Positions 1 to 10,800 of a stretch of 64,000 bases of DNA are shown here, one piece after another. The position numbers and the translations under genes were made by a program. The stretch is from the NCBI GenBank assembly GCA_964016885.1, contig OZ024761.1:11532001-11596000 (forward strand). The letters run 5' to 3'. This DNA comes from Eledone cirrhosa (lineage: Eukaryota). Each line of letters starts with the position of its first letter. Within the stretch, counting starts at the first letter, position 1. The notes under the pieces are model-generated. The model saw only the letters and a program-made list of their open reading frames with translations. It was not told the origin of the DNA and ran no database searches.

Positions 1-25
1 AGCAGACGTAAAATGATGATGATGT

Positions 26-200
26 AATACTATAGATAGTACACACTATAATACTATAGATAGTACACACTATAATACTATATAGATAGTACACACTAAT
101 ACCATAGATAGTACACACTATAATACTATATAGATAGTACACACTAATACTATAGATAGTACACACTATAATACTATAGATAGTACACACTATACTACAC
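26..200. repeat. ~24-bp minisatellite (AATACTATAGATAGTACACACTAT)
   Basis: About 7 near-identical tandem copies, preceded by an RTE/SINE-type 3' tail (GACGTAAAATGATGATGATG). Confidence 0.85.
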
Positions 201-556
201 CCTTTCCAGGTGATAGGGCTGGTGTCACAACCACAACTGAGACACATGTTCAACTCTTTCCTTATTACATGGCTAATGAAAGATACTGCTTATGATTTTA
301 AAATAAGTTTGAAAGTAATTAAGAAATTGGAATAATTTAGTAATATATCTAACCTCATTATTAAAACATTTTTTAGAATAACTTAGCCATTTTAATACCA
401 AACCTTTTGAAACCACTCCTGGTTTTAAGATACCAAACTTTTAAAAAAAAAGTATTTGTATTTATCTAAAAACCTTTGATATTTATATATGAGGGAGGTT
501 GTTGTGTCTATGATGTTACTATATTATATAATATAATATATATATATTATATGTAT

Positions 557-652
557 TTTGCTGATGACACAGAGCACTAAATTAGTACCATTGGAGTTGA
601 TTTTAAAATCCGAACCATAGAACTTGATGGCAAAACTATTAAACTACAAATA
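557..652 (+). pseudogene. RAB1: Rab1 GTPase pseudogene fragment
   Basis: Translates [31 protein letters not shown]. This matches the conserved Rab1 segment [34 protein letters not shown] apart from a 2-codon deletion, an S>H change and an in-frame stop. Confidence 0.85.
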
Positions 653-1290
653 GCTATAACGGAGGAATTTAGGACTGGAGGCTCAACTTGGAAATAAAAG
701 GCCTCAAAGTCAACCTATCCAAGACCAAACTCCTTGTGAGCAGTAGCGGAAATGGAGCTCTGATACCTTTCGGGAAATGGCCCGGCTCAATATGCAGGAA
801 AGGGGTGGGCAGAAACTCTATCCAGAGCACCAAATGCAGACAGTGGGTACACGAGATGTAATAGGAAAACAGGCAGGCTGGCAAAAAAGATGGACTTCAT
901 ATGTGTATCCTGCACAGAGATGGTAGGCAAAGACCCTCAGATAGTATGCCCCTTCAAATGTACAGAAGACCCCATAGAAATAGTTGATAGCTTTTGCTAT
1001 CTGGGGTAGAAAATCAGCTGTGCAGAAAGCTCAGTTGTGAGAGTAGGAAAAGGTTCAAGGAGCTGCTGCCACTGCTAACTACAAAAGGTCTCTCACTTAA
1101 GATAAAAAGCAAGCTGTACGACACCTGTGTGTACTCAGCAGTGCTACATGGTAGCGAAATGTAGGCTCTGCATGCCAAGGACCTATGGAGGCTGGAAAGA
1201 AAGGAAGCCTATATGATCAGATGATGTGAAACAGAAGTGTATGTGTACGGCAAAGTGTTAGTGTATTAAGAGGGATGAAATGCTGTGGAC
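653..1290 (+). mobile_element. Degraded RTE-clade LINE fragment (RT region with Cys-rich insert)
   Basis: Homologous to the RTE copies at 12429-13702 and 15545-16768 ([31 protein letters not shown] motifs); contains stops and frameshifts. Confidence 0.8.
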
Positions 1291-1559
1291 TCTGAACCTG
1301 ACTGTCCACTGTGTGGGGGGTGGTCAACTGGACTGGCCCTGCACATAGGGGTGCCATCTAGTCCCAGGCTCCCAAAATGTAGTTTCGTACAGAGAAGGGT
1401 TCGACGCGGCGAAATTGGCCTGTTAGTCTTCACAGTCAAGGACCTGTTTTTACTATATCTGCTTCAAGACAATTCTGACCAAGATTAGACAAGTCTTACT
1501 TCCATATTAGCATCTGTCAATTCAGTAGATCACTTAACAACTTTGCTTATTAATAATCA

Positions 1560-1890
1560 CAAAACAAGGCCACTTATTGACACTAGACCAGACAAAACAT
1601 TCTACCACGATGGGGCGAGATCATGGTTTCTAAATCAGAGAACGTTTCTTTAACAATCTCAAGCTTATTAAAAGCAGAAGGAATATTCAGAGTGTATAGA
1701 ACTATGTATGAATTTAAGCTAATAAATGTACCACCAAGAAGGCTACCTCAGGATTTGCACTCCATTTAAGAAGAAATTAAACTTATGCTTACATCGACAA
1801 CATAAGTATGGCTGGAGAGGAAATTCACTGAACATGACGAATCTACAACTAGAGCTGGAAGACAACAGAAACGACCATCCTACCTGAAAT
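1560..1890 (+). mobile_element. Possible Gypsy-like LTR retrotransposon pol C-terminal remnant
   Basis: About 1843-1890 reads STTRAGRQQKRPSYLK, resembling the TRSGR..K.P..L tail typical of Gypsy pol; the rest is highly decayed. Confidence 0.3.
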
Positions 1891-2579
1891 ATATGTTATA
1901 TTAAATATATTTCTTTTACTACCATGTTTTGTCTTTAAAACGTTTGAATCTGAATATGATATGCATGTTGTATAAACAAAGCAAGTCAATCTTTTCCCCC
2001 CTCTAACTTTTTAGGCAAAAGAAAATTTAATGTAAATAAAAACGAAATTTTTCGCAAGAAAGATAACTCTTCCCTGACTTAAATCCAAAATTGGGATAAA
2101 AAAAATTACGTTACGAACGAACGAAACAGAAGCAGAATTATAATATTTGTTCGACACACCCAATGATTCTGCCAATTCGCTGCTCCTTTTATTTTTTTGA
2201 AAAGAGAAATGATTGTTTTTTATATGTCTGTTGTTGTTTCCATCCCCTTTCTATATATTTTCTATCACTCTCACACACATGTGTGTGTGTACGTACGTGC
2301 ATGTATATATAAGCAGAGATATTTAATTTGTTGGTTATTCAACAAATTTATTTATAACAAATTCGAAGCACTCAACAGTATTCTTCTGGAGTATAATATG
2401 AATGATATTAATATCCAAACTGAACTTAAAACGATAAGTTCTTGTTTTTTGGATATGTCAATATTTATAAAACAACTTTAGTATGTTATATATATATATA
2501 TATATATATATATGTTAGGTAATTCCAAAGGAAAAAAAGAGTGCTCTATATATAGAACAGAGCTATTTAATTAGAAAGG

Positions 2580-2735
2580 GAACGATACAAAATATAACTA
2601 CTCCATTACCAAAGGTTTCTGGATCCCAGACGGTAATATCTCTGTCTGACGAACGATCCAGACGTATATTATTATCGTCTGTGATCCAGAAACCTTTGGT
2701 AATGGAGTAGTTATATCTTGTGTTGTTCACTTTCT
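2580..2735. repeat. Fold-back element with a degenerate hammerhead motif (+ strand, 2640-2707)
   Basis: Inverted arms ATAACTACTCCATTACCAAAGGTTTCTGGATC / GATCCAGAAACCTTTGGTAATGGAGTAGTTAT. The hammerhead reads CTCTGT-CTGACGA-stem II-GAAA-CCTTTGG-TA-ATGGAG, with mismatches at the base of stem II. Confidence 0.6.
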
Positions 2736-3036
2736 AATATATATAGTAATAATAATAAATTCGAAGACTAAAATCCAAAGAGGGCTCGATAAGGATAAAT
2801 ATATATCAGATATATAAGAACCGTAGAGCAAATATTTATTAAAATAACAGATTAAAGTTTAAGCAAAGAATCGCTGCTTTCACCCTTATGTATAATGAAA
2901 TAAATATGGTTTTATAAATATAGTTTCCATTTGTTAATATATCGTATTTTTACTCCAATAATTTGTTGAGTGCTTTATATCAGTTATAAAAATATTTGCT
3001 TGTTGTATCCCAACAATTTAAATAAAACTTCTACAT

Positions 3037-3069
<33 letters not shown>

Positions 3070-3442
3070 TATTTATGTATATGTTTAAAACTTATGTGTT
3101 ATGTTCTACTGTAAATTTATTTATATACTCTGTTTATATTTTCATTCTGAAAAAATTGCAAATGATTTGTAATGTTATTTATACAACTATGAATGTCTAT
3201 TTACATTATTGTTTCTTTAAGGATCGTCCAGTTTCTTGAAACCTTTGGTAATGGAATAATTATATTGTGGTGTTTATTATGTAATTATATAGCTCTGTAC
3301 TATATATAGAGCACACTTCTTTCCTTTACCTTTACTACGGAAATACTTAACACACACATATATATAGATAGATGTGAGTGTATATGTACCGTATATGTGT
3401 GTCAGTATTATTGTGTGTATATACGTATGTATGTTTATTTGT

Positions 3443-3612
3443 ATCGGTAGGGGGTCGGACGCCATGCTTTGCAGCATAGAGGTATGGCCTTTTACGGCCT
3501 CAGTTCAAATCCTACCGAGGTTAACTTTGCCTTTCATCCTTACGGGATCGATAAATTAAAGTACCAGTAATGTACTGGAGTTATTGTTGGCCTTGTTCCA
3601 AAAGTAGGAACA
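3443..3612 (+). mobile_element. tRNA-derived SINE family A, partial
   Basis: Matches the copies at 14862-15040 and 25741-25928 (GTTCAAATCC B box, GGTTAACTTTGCCTTTCATCCTTACGGG core). Confidence 0.8.
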
Positions 3613-3769
3613 ATTATATATTTATATATATATAAATGGAAAAGAATGAAATGAAATTTCATTTCTCACTCTTAGTACGGCTGATACATAAATGTAAGTA
3701 TGTATACGTACATACATATATGTATACAGTCGTACAGTAGTGTGTATATATATATATACATACATGCAC

Positions 3770-4130
3770 ACATATATATATATGTACGTATGGGTTTACC
3801 GAACATTTATTATAATGTTCGGTTTGTTTGTAAACAAACAGCTCGAATTAAGCCGTACAGTGTTCGGCAACCATCGTCGCCCTTTTCTTCAATACTGACA
3901 AAGGAACGATGAACTAGTTTCAAGCTTATTAGCTATCGTCAGCAATGTATACGATGCTGACGATAGCTGATAAGCTTGAAACTAGTTCATCGTTCCTTTG
4001 TCAGTATTGAACAAAAGGGCGACGATGGTTGCTGAACACTGTACGGCTTAATTCTAGCTGTTTGTTTACAAACAAACCGAACATTATAATAAATGTTCGG
4101 TAAACCCATACGTACATATATATATGTGTG
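3770..4130. repeat. Near-perfect palindromic (fold-back) element, ~170-bp arms, ~10-nt spacer
   Basis: 3781-3944 is the reverse complement of ~3955-4118 with few mismatches; embedded in (TA/CA)n. Confidence 0.9.
3952..3992 (+). ncRNA. Minimal type I hammerhead ribozyme motif (mirror copy on - strand at 3907-3946)
   Basis: Stem I CGATG/CATCG, core CTGACGA, stem II AGCT-GATA-AGCT, GAAA, palindromic stem III ACTAGT, GUU cleavage triplet. Confidence 0.75.
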
Positions 4131-4151
4131 CATGTATGTATATATGTATAC

Positions 4152-4191
<40 letters not shown>

Positions 4192-4193
4192 AC

Positions 4194-4238
<45 letters not shown>

Positions 4239-4319
4239 TGTGACTATCTTTCATTACACTCTCTTCCCTTTTCACTTTCTCGTATTCTCCCTCTTTCTGT
4301 CTACTATGTCTCTCACACT

Positions 4320-4475
4320 AGAAGAGGAAGACCAAGGTTGACATATGTTGATGCCCTAAGGACAGACACTGGTCTGTTGGAGACGCAGGATATGGCAGCG
4401 ATAATGAGGGACAGAGACCGCTGGAGAGAACTCGTCCATGGATCTCGGGAATTTTACCCGCCTTAGATAGATAGA
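4320..4475 (+). mobile_element. 3' end of an RTE/RTE-X-type LINE
   Basis: Translates RRGRPRLTYVDALRTDTGLLETQDMAAIMRDRDRWRELV, the typical RTE C-terminus, followed by a (TAGA)n tail. Confidence 0.7.
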
Positions 4476-4476
4476 T

Positions 4477-4545
4477 GTCTCTCACAGTGCTGTCTCTTAC
4501 CCTTTCTCTCTCACTCTCTTTCTCTTTCTCTTTCTCTTTCCTTTA

Positions 4546-4582
<37 letters not shown>

Positions 4583-5015
4583 CTTCCCACTTCTGTCTTT
4601 TTCTATCTCATTAAAGTTTCATCTGTTTCTCTATCACCCCTTTCTCTATCTGTGTCTCTTTCTTTCCCTCCCCTCTCTGCTGTCGTTAACCCTCTCTTTC
4701 TCACTCATTTGTTTTCTCTCTTTTACTAATCTGTCCCTCTCTCATTCCCATATCTTATCGCTCTTTTTCTCTCTCTTAGTCTTACTCTCTCTCGCTCTTT
4801 CTTTTACCCTCTGTCTTACTCCTTCGCCCCTTTTTCTTTCTCTGTCTTTCTCCTACCCTCTCTCTCCTTCCCTTCTTTTCTCCCTCTGTGTTACTCCTAC
4901 TCACACTCTCTCCGTGTCTTACTCCTCCTCTCTCTCACTCCTCTTCTTCTCCTCTTTTCTCCCTCTGTGTTACTCCTACTCACTCTCTCTCTGTCGGACC
5001 CCTACTCTCTCTCTC
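4477..5015. repeat. CT-rich polypyrimidine / (CT)n low-complexity tract
   Basis: About 540 bp of strongly pyrimidine-skewed sequence including (CT)n runs. Confidence 0.85.
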
Positions 5016-5139
5016 CGGATATTACCGGAAACCTCCGACCCCTTGCCGCCAATAAGAAGCAGACGACAAACATTTAACACAGAAGTCCAACATTTTATCG
5101 CTCAAACTTTTACATAAAAAGTCGACATTGAAGGTAAAA
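4990..5139 (+). promoter_or_regulatory. Candidate promoter and upstream 5' exon of the PRDM9-like gene
   Basis: Local CpG enrichment, ETS-like ACCGGAAA (~5024), CCAAT (5049-5053) and a splice donor AAG|GTAAAA at 5133/5134. The ATG at 7653 directly follows a splice acceptor (TTTCAG), which implies an upstream exon. Confidence 0.45.
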
Positions 5140-5682
5140 TATTTTAATTTTAATTCATTGAAAAATATTCAACAAAATCACATAAATACATATTTTATAT
5201 TTCTCGACATTTTAAATAAGTTTCAGAGTTGTTTTTGCTTAAATATCTTTTTCGTTTCTTGTTTAATTTAAGATTAACTTTATGAAATAAAGAAAAAAAC
5301 TCACGAAATTAAAATTATTAATAAATGATCGATAAATTTATTTTTGATTAACAAAATGTCAATAAGTTATTTAATGACTTCTGTTTGTATGTAAATACTC
5401 GTGTCTGTGCTGGTGTAGTTAATGTCTGTAGTTCTGAGTATATCGTGTTTATGTCAGCATGGGTTGGACATGTCTTCCCGGGCCGAGTTAGTGGGGGCTA
5501 CCTAGGCTCCCACATCTATATATATGATCCCTTACCAAGTGTATTTTAAGGGACGGTGTCGGGTTTATGACACAATTGAAGGCCCCCCCCCCTCCCTCGC
5601 TGACCCTTTTGGGAGGTTTTCTATAGCTGGATGTTCTTCCTATCAACAACCACTTTACAGAGTGTACTGGGTGTATTTGTCA

Positions 5683-6190
5683 TGGAGGCACAAGGCTTAG
5701 TGGTTAGAGCATTGGCCTTGCAATAGAAAGGTTGTGAGTTCAATTCCCAGACCGGGTGATGTGTTGTTTCCTTGAGCAAGACCCTTTATTTTCACATGGC
5801 TCCAGTTTACTCAGCTGTAGAAATGAGATGATAGGGACTGGGGTCCCTATCATTCCACTGTAAAGTGGTCGTGGAGGGCAGGGCCGTCTTGACAGCATTA
5901 TAGGCCCCCCCGGGCAGAGCAGAGCACTGGGGCCCCCCCTACCTACACAACCACTCACAGGAATAAAAATACAAATGGGCCCCCTCCCTATCCTCGTGGG
6001 GCCCCCGGTCAACTGCCCAGCTTGCCCATGCGTTAAGACGGCCCTGGTGGAGGTGCCACGGCAAAAAAGGAGCCAGCCCTCACTGTAAATGAGATTGGTG
6101 TTAGGAAGGGCCTCCGGCTGTAGACACCAAGCCAGTATCAGTTTCCGCCCCACCCTTGCAAGCAGGGAAAAGCGGACGTAAAATGAAAAA
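5683..6190 (+). mobile_element. tRNA-derived SINE family B with RTE-like 3' end, interrupted by a MITE
   Basis: tRNA-like head GGCTTAGTGGTTAGAGCATTGGCCTTGCAA...GAGTTCAATTCC. Its 3' end ACCCTTGCAAGCAGG..AAGCGGACGTAAAATGA is shared with the RTE at 6970-7016. Confidence 0.85.
5879..6046. mobile_element. hAT-type MITE (168 bp)
   Basis: TIRs CAGGGCCGTCTT...AAGACGGCCCTG and 8-bp TSD GTGGAGGG/GTGGAGGT. It is absent from the other SINE B copies (10040-10388, 13703-13961). Confidence 0.85.
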
Positions 6191-6504
6191 TATAAAATAA
6201 AAATAACTAAGTCTATAGATGTTGGTGTACTATTGACACAACTGAAGGGTTCTCTCAGCCACTTACCAGGGTTTATATAGCAGGGTGTCCTTCCTATTGT
6301 CAAACCCCTTACAGTGTGTACTGAATGAATTATCAAGTCTCCTCATGTGAGGTGTTTTAGGTCTTTGTCTCAACCACAGCAGGGGTGGATGCAAAACAAT
6401 ATAAGTATGATTATATTGGTGTATCGCAAGTGTAGTGGGATTTAATTAGGTGATGAGTAGAGGTGAAGGAGTGACTTCCAATAATGGAGTGGGTAGCAGT
6501 TCTC

Positions 6505-7017
6505 ACCTGTGTGTAAAGATTTTAGAAGGATGTGCGTTCTCCCTGCGTACGAGAGGCCAGTTATATGATGCCTGTGTGAGATGCGCGATGCTGGATGGTA
6601 GTGAGACATGGGCAGCAACTGCAGAGGATATGCGACGGCTGGAGAGAAATGAAGCAAGCATGCTCCGTTGGATGTGCAATGTCAATGTGCGTGAATGACC
6701 AGGCATAGACAAGTTGAGAAAGAAACTTGGTATAAGTTGTGGTGTACAGGAGAGAAGGGTGAGATGGTATGGACATGTGATGTGCATGGAGGATGACCGA
6801 TGGGTGAAGAAGTGCCAGGAAGTCCCAGTGGAGGGAAGACGCAGTAGAGGTAGACCACAAAAAACATGGGCGGAGGTGGTGAGAGCAGACCTCAGATTGC
6901 TGAAACTCACGGTGGAGATGACAAAGGACCGTGACAAGTGGAGAGATGCTGTGCTGAATAGGACCCGTCCAACCCTTGCAAGCAGGTAAAAGCGGACGTA
7001 AAATGATGATGATGATG
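6505..7017 (+). mobile_element. RTE-clade LINE 3' fragment
   Basis: ORFs 6450-6698 and 6714-6989 ([48 protein letters not shown]) and a (GAT)n tail. Confidence 0.9.
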
Positions 7018-7652
7018 TGGGTATAGTGATAGCAAGGATAGCTACTAAAGTATTATAAAGGGTGTATGGATGTGATGTACTGTGAAGGTATGGACCGATT
7101 CTAGGGAGTGAGGTCACATGTAATGCTGCTAGGTAGGTCTTCCCCAGTACAACAGGTCGGTAATTCTTGTTTTTAGTTAGATCTGTTGTTCAGCTTTTCA
7201 TGGTCAGCCTTCATTACTTCAGCCCACATCTTCCTGGGTCTCCTTTGATAAGTTCCCTCTACAGAGATTTCTCTGCTATATACAGCAGCCATGTTCATGT
7301 GTATCTCTAGAAGACAGGCCATGTACCAAGTATACTGAGCAAGGGAAGAGGTAGAACAAATATATAGTTTCTTTTACTGTATCTCTCAAAATCCACCTGT
7401 CAATAGCAATCTCCCATGATGAATTTATCCATGTATTGGCTACCGTAACACAAGATCAACTTTTCATTTAACTTTGGCAAACCATTATAAAGTTCTGTAT
7501 TGGTGGTATGACTCTTCCAAGTGATGTTAAGACCCATCTGTTAAAATGTGGTTGTACATTATATCTAGGTGATTTTAAAGCTTCTATGATGGTATGTCTC
7601 ACAGTCATATGTACATATATATTAATTCTATTGTTTTACTATTATATTTCAG

Positions 7653-7800
7653 ATGGATTCTAAACTAGATATTGATCTCAATACTGTTTCTGGTGATATT
7701 GAAACTTTCTTCACTAAAGCAGAAATGGACAATATGTGTGATTATGAGAAAAAACATCTTCAAAATTTACGTAGAAATTATGAAGCAATGATATTATTAG
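7653..7800 (+). CDS. PRDM9: PRDM9 coding exon 1: ancestral KRAB (aKRAB/SSX-type) domain
   Basis: [36 protein letters not shown] aligns with human PRDM9 [36 protein letters not shown] (recalled). Acceptor AG 7651-7652, donor GT 7801. Confidence 0.88.
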
Positions 7801-10800
7801 GTAAATATATTTTTGCTTATGATTCAGTGTTATGAATTCTTCATAATACAACAATGTTGTACAAAATACATGTATATCTCTTCAATGATATCAGCGATTA
7901 CAAAAAGATTGTTAACTGATCTTTGTTTAGTTAGATTTTCCTTCCTAGAGATATTCAGAATGACTTGTAATGTGTGTCTAAGAACCATCAACCTTCTTTC
8001 TGCAGCTGTTTTGTGACTGTCCAGGGAGTCCACCCATCTATAGGTCCTTAATTCTGGATGGAGTCATAGGGGTGTCATCTTGGACATTTAAACTTACTGG
8101 AGCCCATACATGTCTAGGTTGGAATACAGAAGATTTCTTCCAGAGAAATACAGAGAGAGGTGTTAAACATATATTGAAGAAGAATGAATCCCAGTATTAA
8201 ATTGGTTTTATATTATTTGATCTCAAAAAGATGAGAGGCAAAGCTGATCTTGACAGGGTTTGAACACAGAGGAGAGTGAGCTGGAGCAAATATTACAAAG
8301 CATTATATTGGTTGTCTTGTCAGGTAGGGCACCCATAAAACATTGGTTGTCTTGTACAGGTAGGGGATCCATAAATAGCACTGATTCCACAATAGCTCAG
8401 AAGAAATGTCTTTTACGGTCCTCCAATAATTATGACATCTGAAGAATACTGAGGCTACTGAGAATAACCTACAACTTTGTGAGACAAGTTTAACATCTCT
8501 TTCTATGGATGTGATGCTGTTTCTTAAGTATACAAAGGAGTCCTCAGATTTTAGGTTTTGATTCATTGTGCTTATTGAGGCCTCAAATGGCTGTATTAAC
8601 TCGTGGTTGGAACCGTAGGCTTTCATATGTTTCAGCAGCCATTTAACATATCAATCTTTCATACTACTACAGCAAAAGAAGAAAAGATTGTAGCAGGTAA
8701 TATTTAATCTTTAAGACACTGACATAAAGACTACTATTTCCTGTTTTTTCAAAGTTATGTATGAGAGTGGTACCTTCTGATACCAGTGTCTGTGAAAAGA
8801 GCAATATTATCAGAATAATCCACATTATTTGTCAGTTCACCTTAGTATAATGATAAAGTTGTTGTATAATCTAATTTACCAATAATATCAAATATAGAGT
8901 AAAATACTGACATTAGATTTGAACTCTTGATTAAGTAATCATTTAAACTATCCATATAGCTATTCCACCTCTTCTTCCTCCAGTTATTACTGGGATGGTT
9001 ATGGGGTCAGAGTCCTCAAACATGCCTTCTGGTGGGTCCTATCAGAAACAACCATCTCCAACTGATCCGGCTGGATCCTCAAACAAAACTAACCAAGTCC
9101 ATGGATGCTATCCAACCATGTTACTCGAGGTCTACACCTCAGTCTCCTGCCAATTGATTTTACCCATAAAATCTGTCCATCAATTCTTTCTTTAGACATT
9201 CTAACCACACATCTGTAGTATCGGAGCTGTGACCTCTCAATTCAGAGAAGTAGTCACTCTACTTGAAGCAACTCTCTGATATCTGAGCTATACTCTCTCC
9301 TTTTAAAATGTGTCATATCCTGCATTTTACTGCTTTTTTATTTAAACATTGATTATCTATATTTTTCTGTTAGGTTTACGTCCTATGAAACCATGTTTTA
9401 TGGAGTCCAAGAGATATCAACTGAAAAAAAGGTTTGAAGAAACTAAAAATGACGATGATGAGGATATTGAATGGCTTCCTAGTTATAAAAAGAAAAGACA
9501 ACAACCAGGTATTTAGTTTAAAATCTGTTAAACCTTTCATTACCAGTCTGACCAAAACTGGCTCTATGAAATAAAACTACCCATTCTAAATTGTTATGTA
9601 AATTAAAATCTAGCTTTTATGCAAGAAGTGTATGTTATATTACTATCTTATTGATGAAATAATAATTTTAGTAAATCCTTCAAAATCCTTCAATAATTAA
9701 CTAAAAATACAAAATAGAAATATGAGATTCAGTCATTTCACAACTTTGATATTGTATGATGTGAAAATATAGCTAACTTGGTCTGTAATGATGTATCCAA
9801 CCCATGCTAGCTTGGAAAAAAACATGTAAAATGATGATGATGATGATTATATTAGTTTTCTATTCATAATTATTAATTATGTATTTTGCTATTTATAATA
9901 TATTTTTGTACCTTTACTTCACATTAATGTAAAAATAAATATCTTTATCAGTAATATTATAATATTGCAGCTTTTAGAATTCCTGTTGCTCATACAAAAC
10001 CAACCAAACCAAGAGTAATGATAAAATCTGTAAGTTAAATCATCATCATTTTTTCATCATTTCATTTTACGTCCACTTTTCCCTGCTTGTAAGGGTGGGA
10101 CGGGAACTGATTCTGGCTTGATTTCTACAGCTGGATGCCCTTCCTAACACCAACCTCATTTACAGTGAGTGCTGGGTGCTTTTTTGCCGTGGCACCTCCA
10201 CGACCACTTTGCAGTGGAATAATAGGGACCCCAGTCCCTATCATCTCATTTCTACAGCTGAGTAAACTGGAGCAATGTGAAATAAAGTGTCTTGCTCAAG
10301 GAAATAACATCACCCGGTCTGAGAATTGAACTCACAACCTTTCGATTGCACGGCCAATGCTCTAACCACTAAGCCATGTGCCTCCATATAAATGTACTAT
10401 TTTATTAGATATACAATAAATATATATTTTAGTAAATGTACTATGTTATTAGTTGTTATATATATAGTGGAGGTGTTCAGGATTAAAAGGCAGTGTGTCA
10501 GGAAAAATTGTGCTGTTGTTGGGTAGAAGTGTGTCCTAGATCAGGCATGTCAAACTGAGGGTCCCCTGAGGACCACATGGGTCACATATGTGTTGTCTGA
10601 GGGCCACATGGGTGACATATGTGTTGTCTGAGGGCCACATGGGTCACATGTGTTGTCTGAGGGCCACATGGTTCACATATGTGTTGTCTGAGGGCCACAT
10701 GGTTCGCATATGTGTTGTCTGAGGGCCACATGGTTCACATATGTGTTGTCTGAGGGCCACATGGTTCACATATGTGTTGTCTGAGGGCCACATGGTTCAC

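Noticed and set aside
5685-5755. tRNA-Ala gene
   Set aside because: The tRNA-like sequence is the head of a multi-copy SINE (also at ~10315-10388 and ~13890-13961) and lacks a proper acceptor stem.
5740-6336. 198-aa minus-strand ORF
   Set aside because: It runs through a SINE plus a GC-rich MITE and has no protein motif.
8290-9330. Additional exons or a nested gene in intron 1
   Set aside because: Minus-strand translations (e.g. [10 protein letters not shown]) resemble decayed LINE RT; exons 1 and 2 already join in frame and align contiguously to PRDM9.
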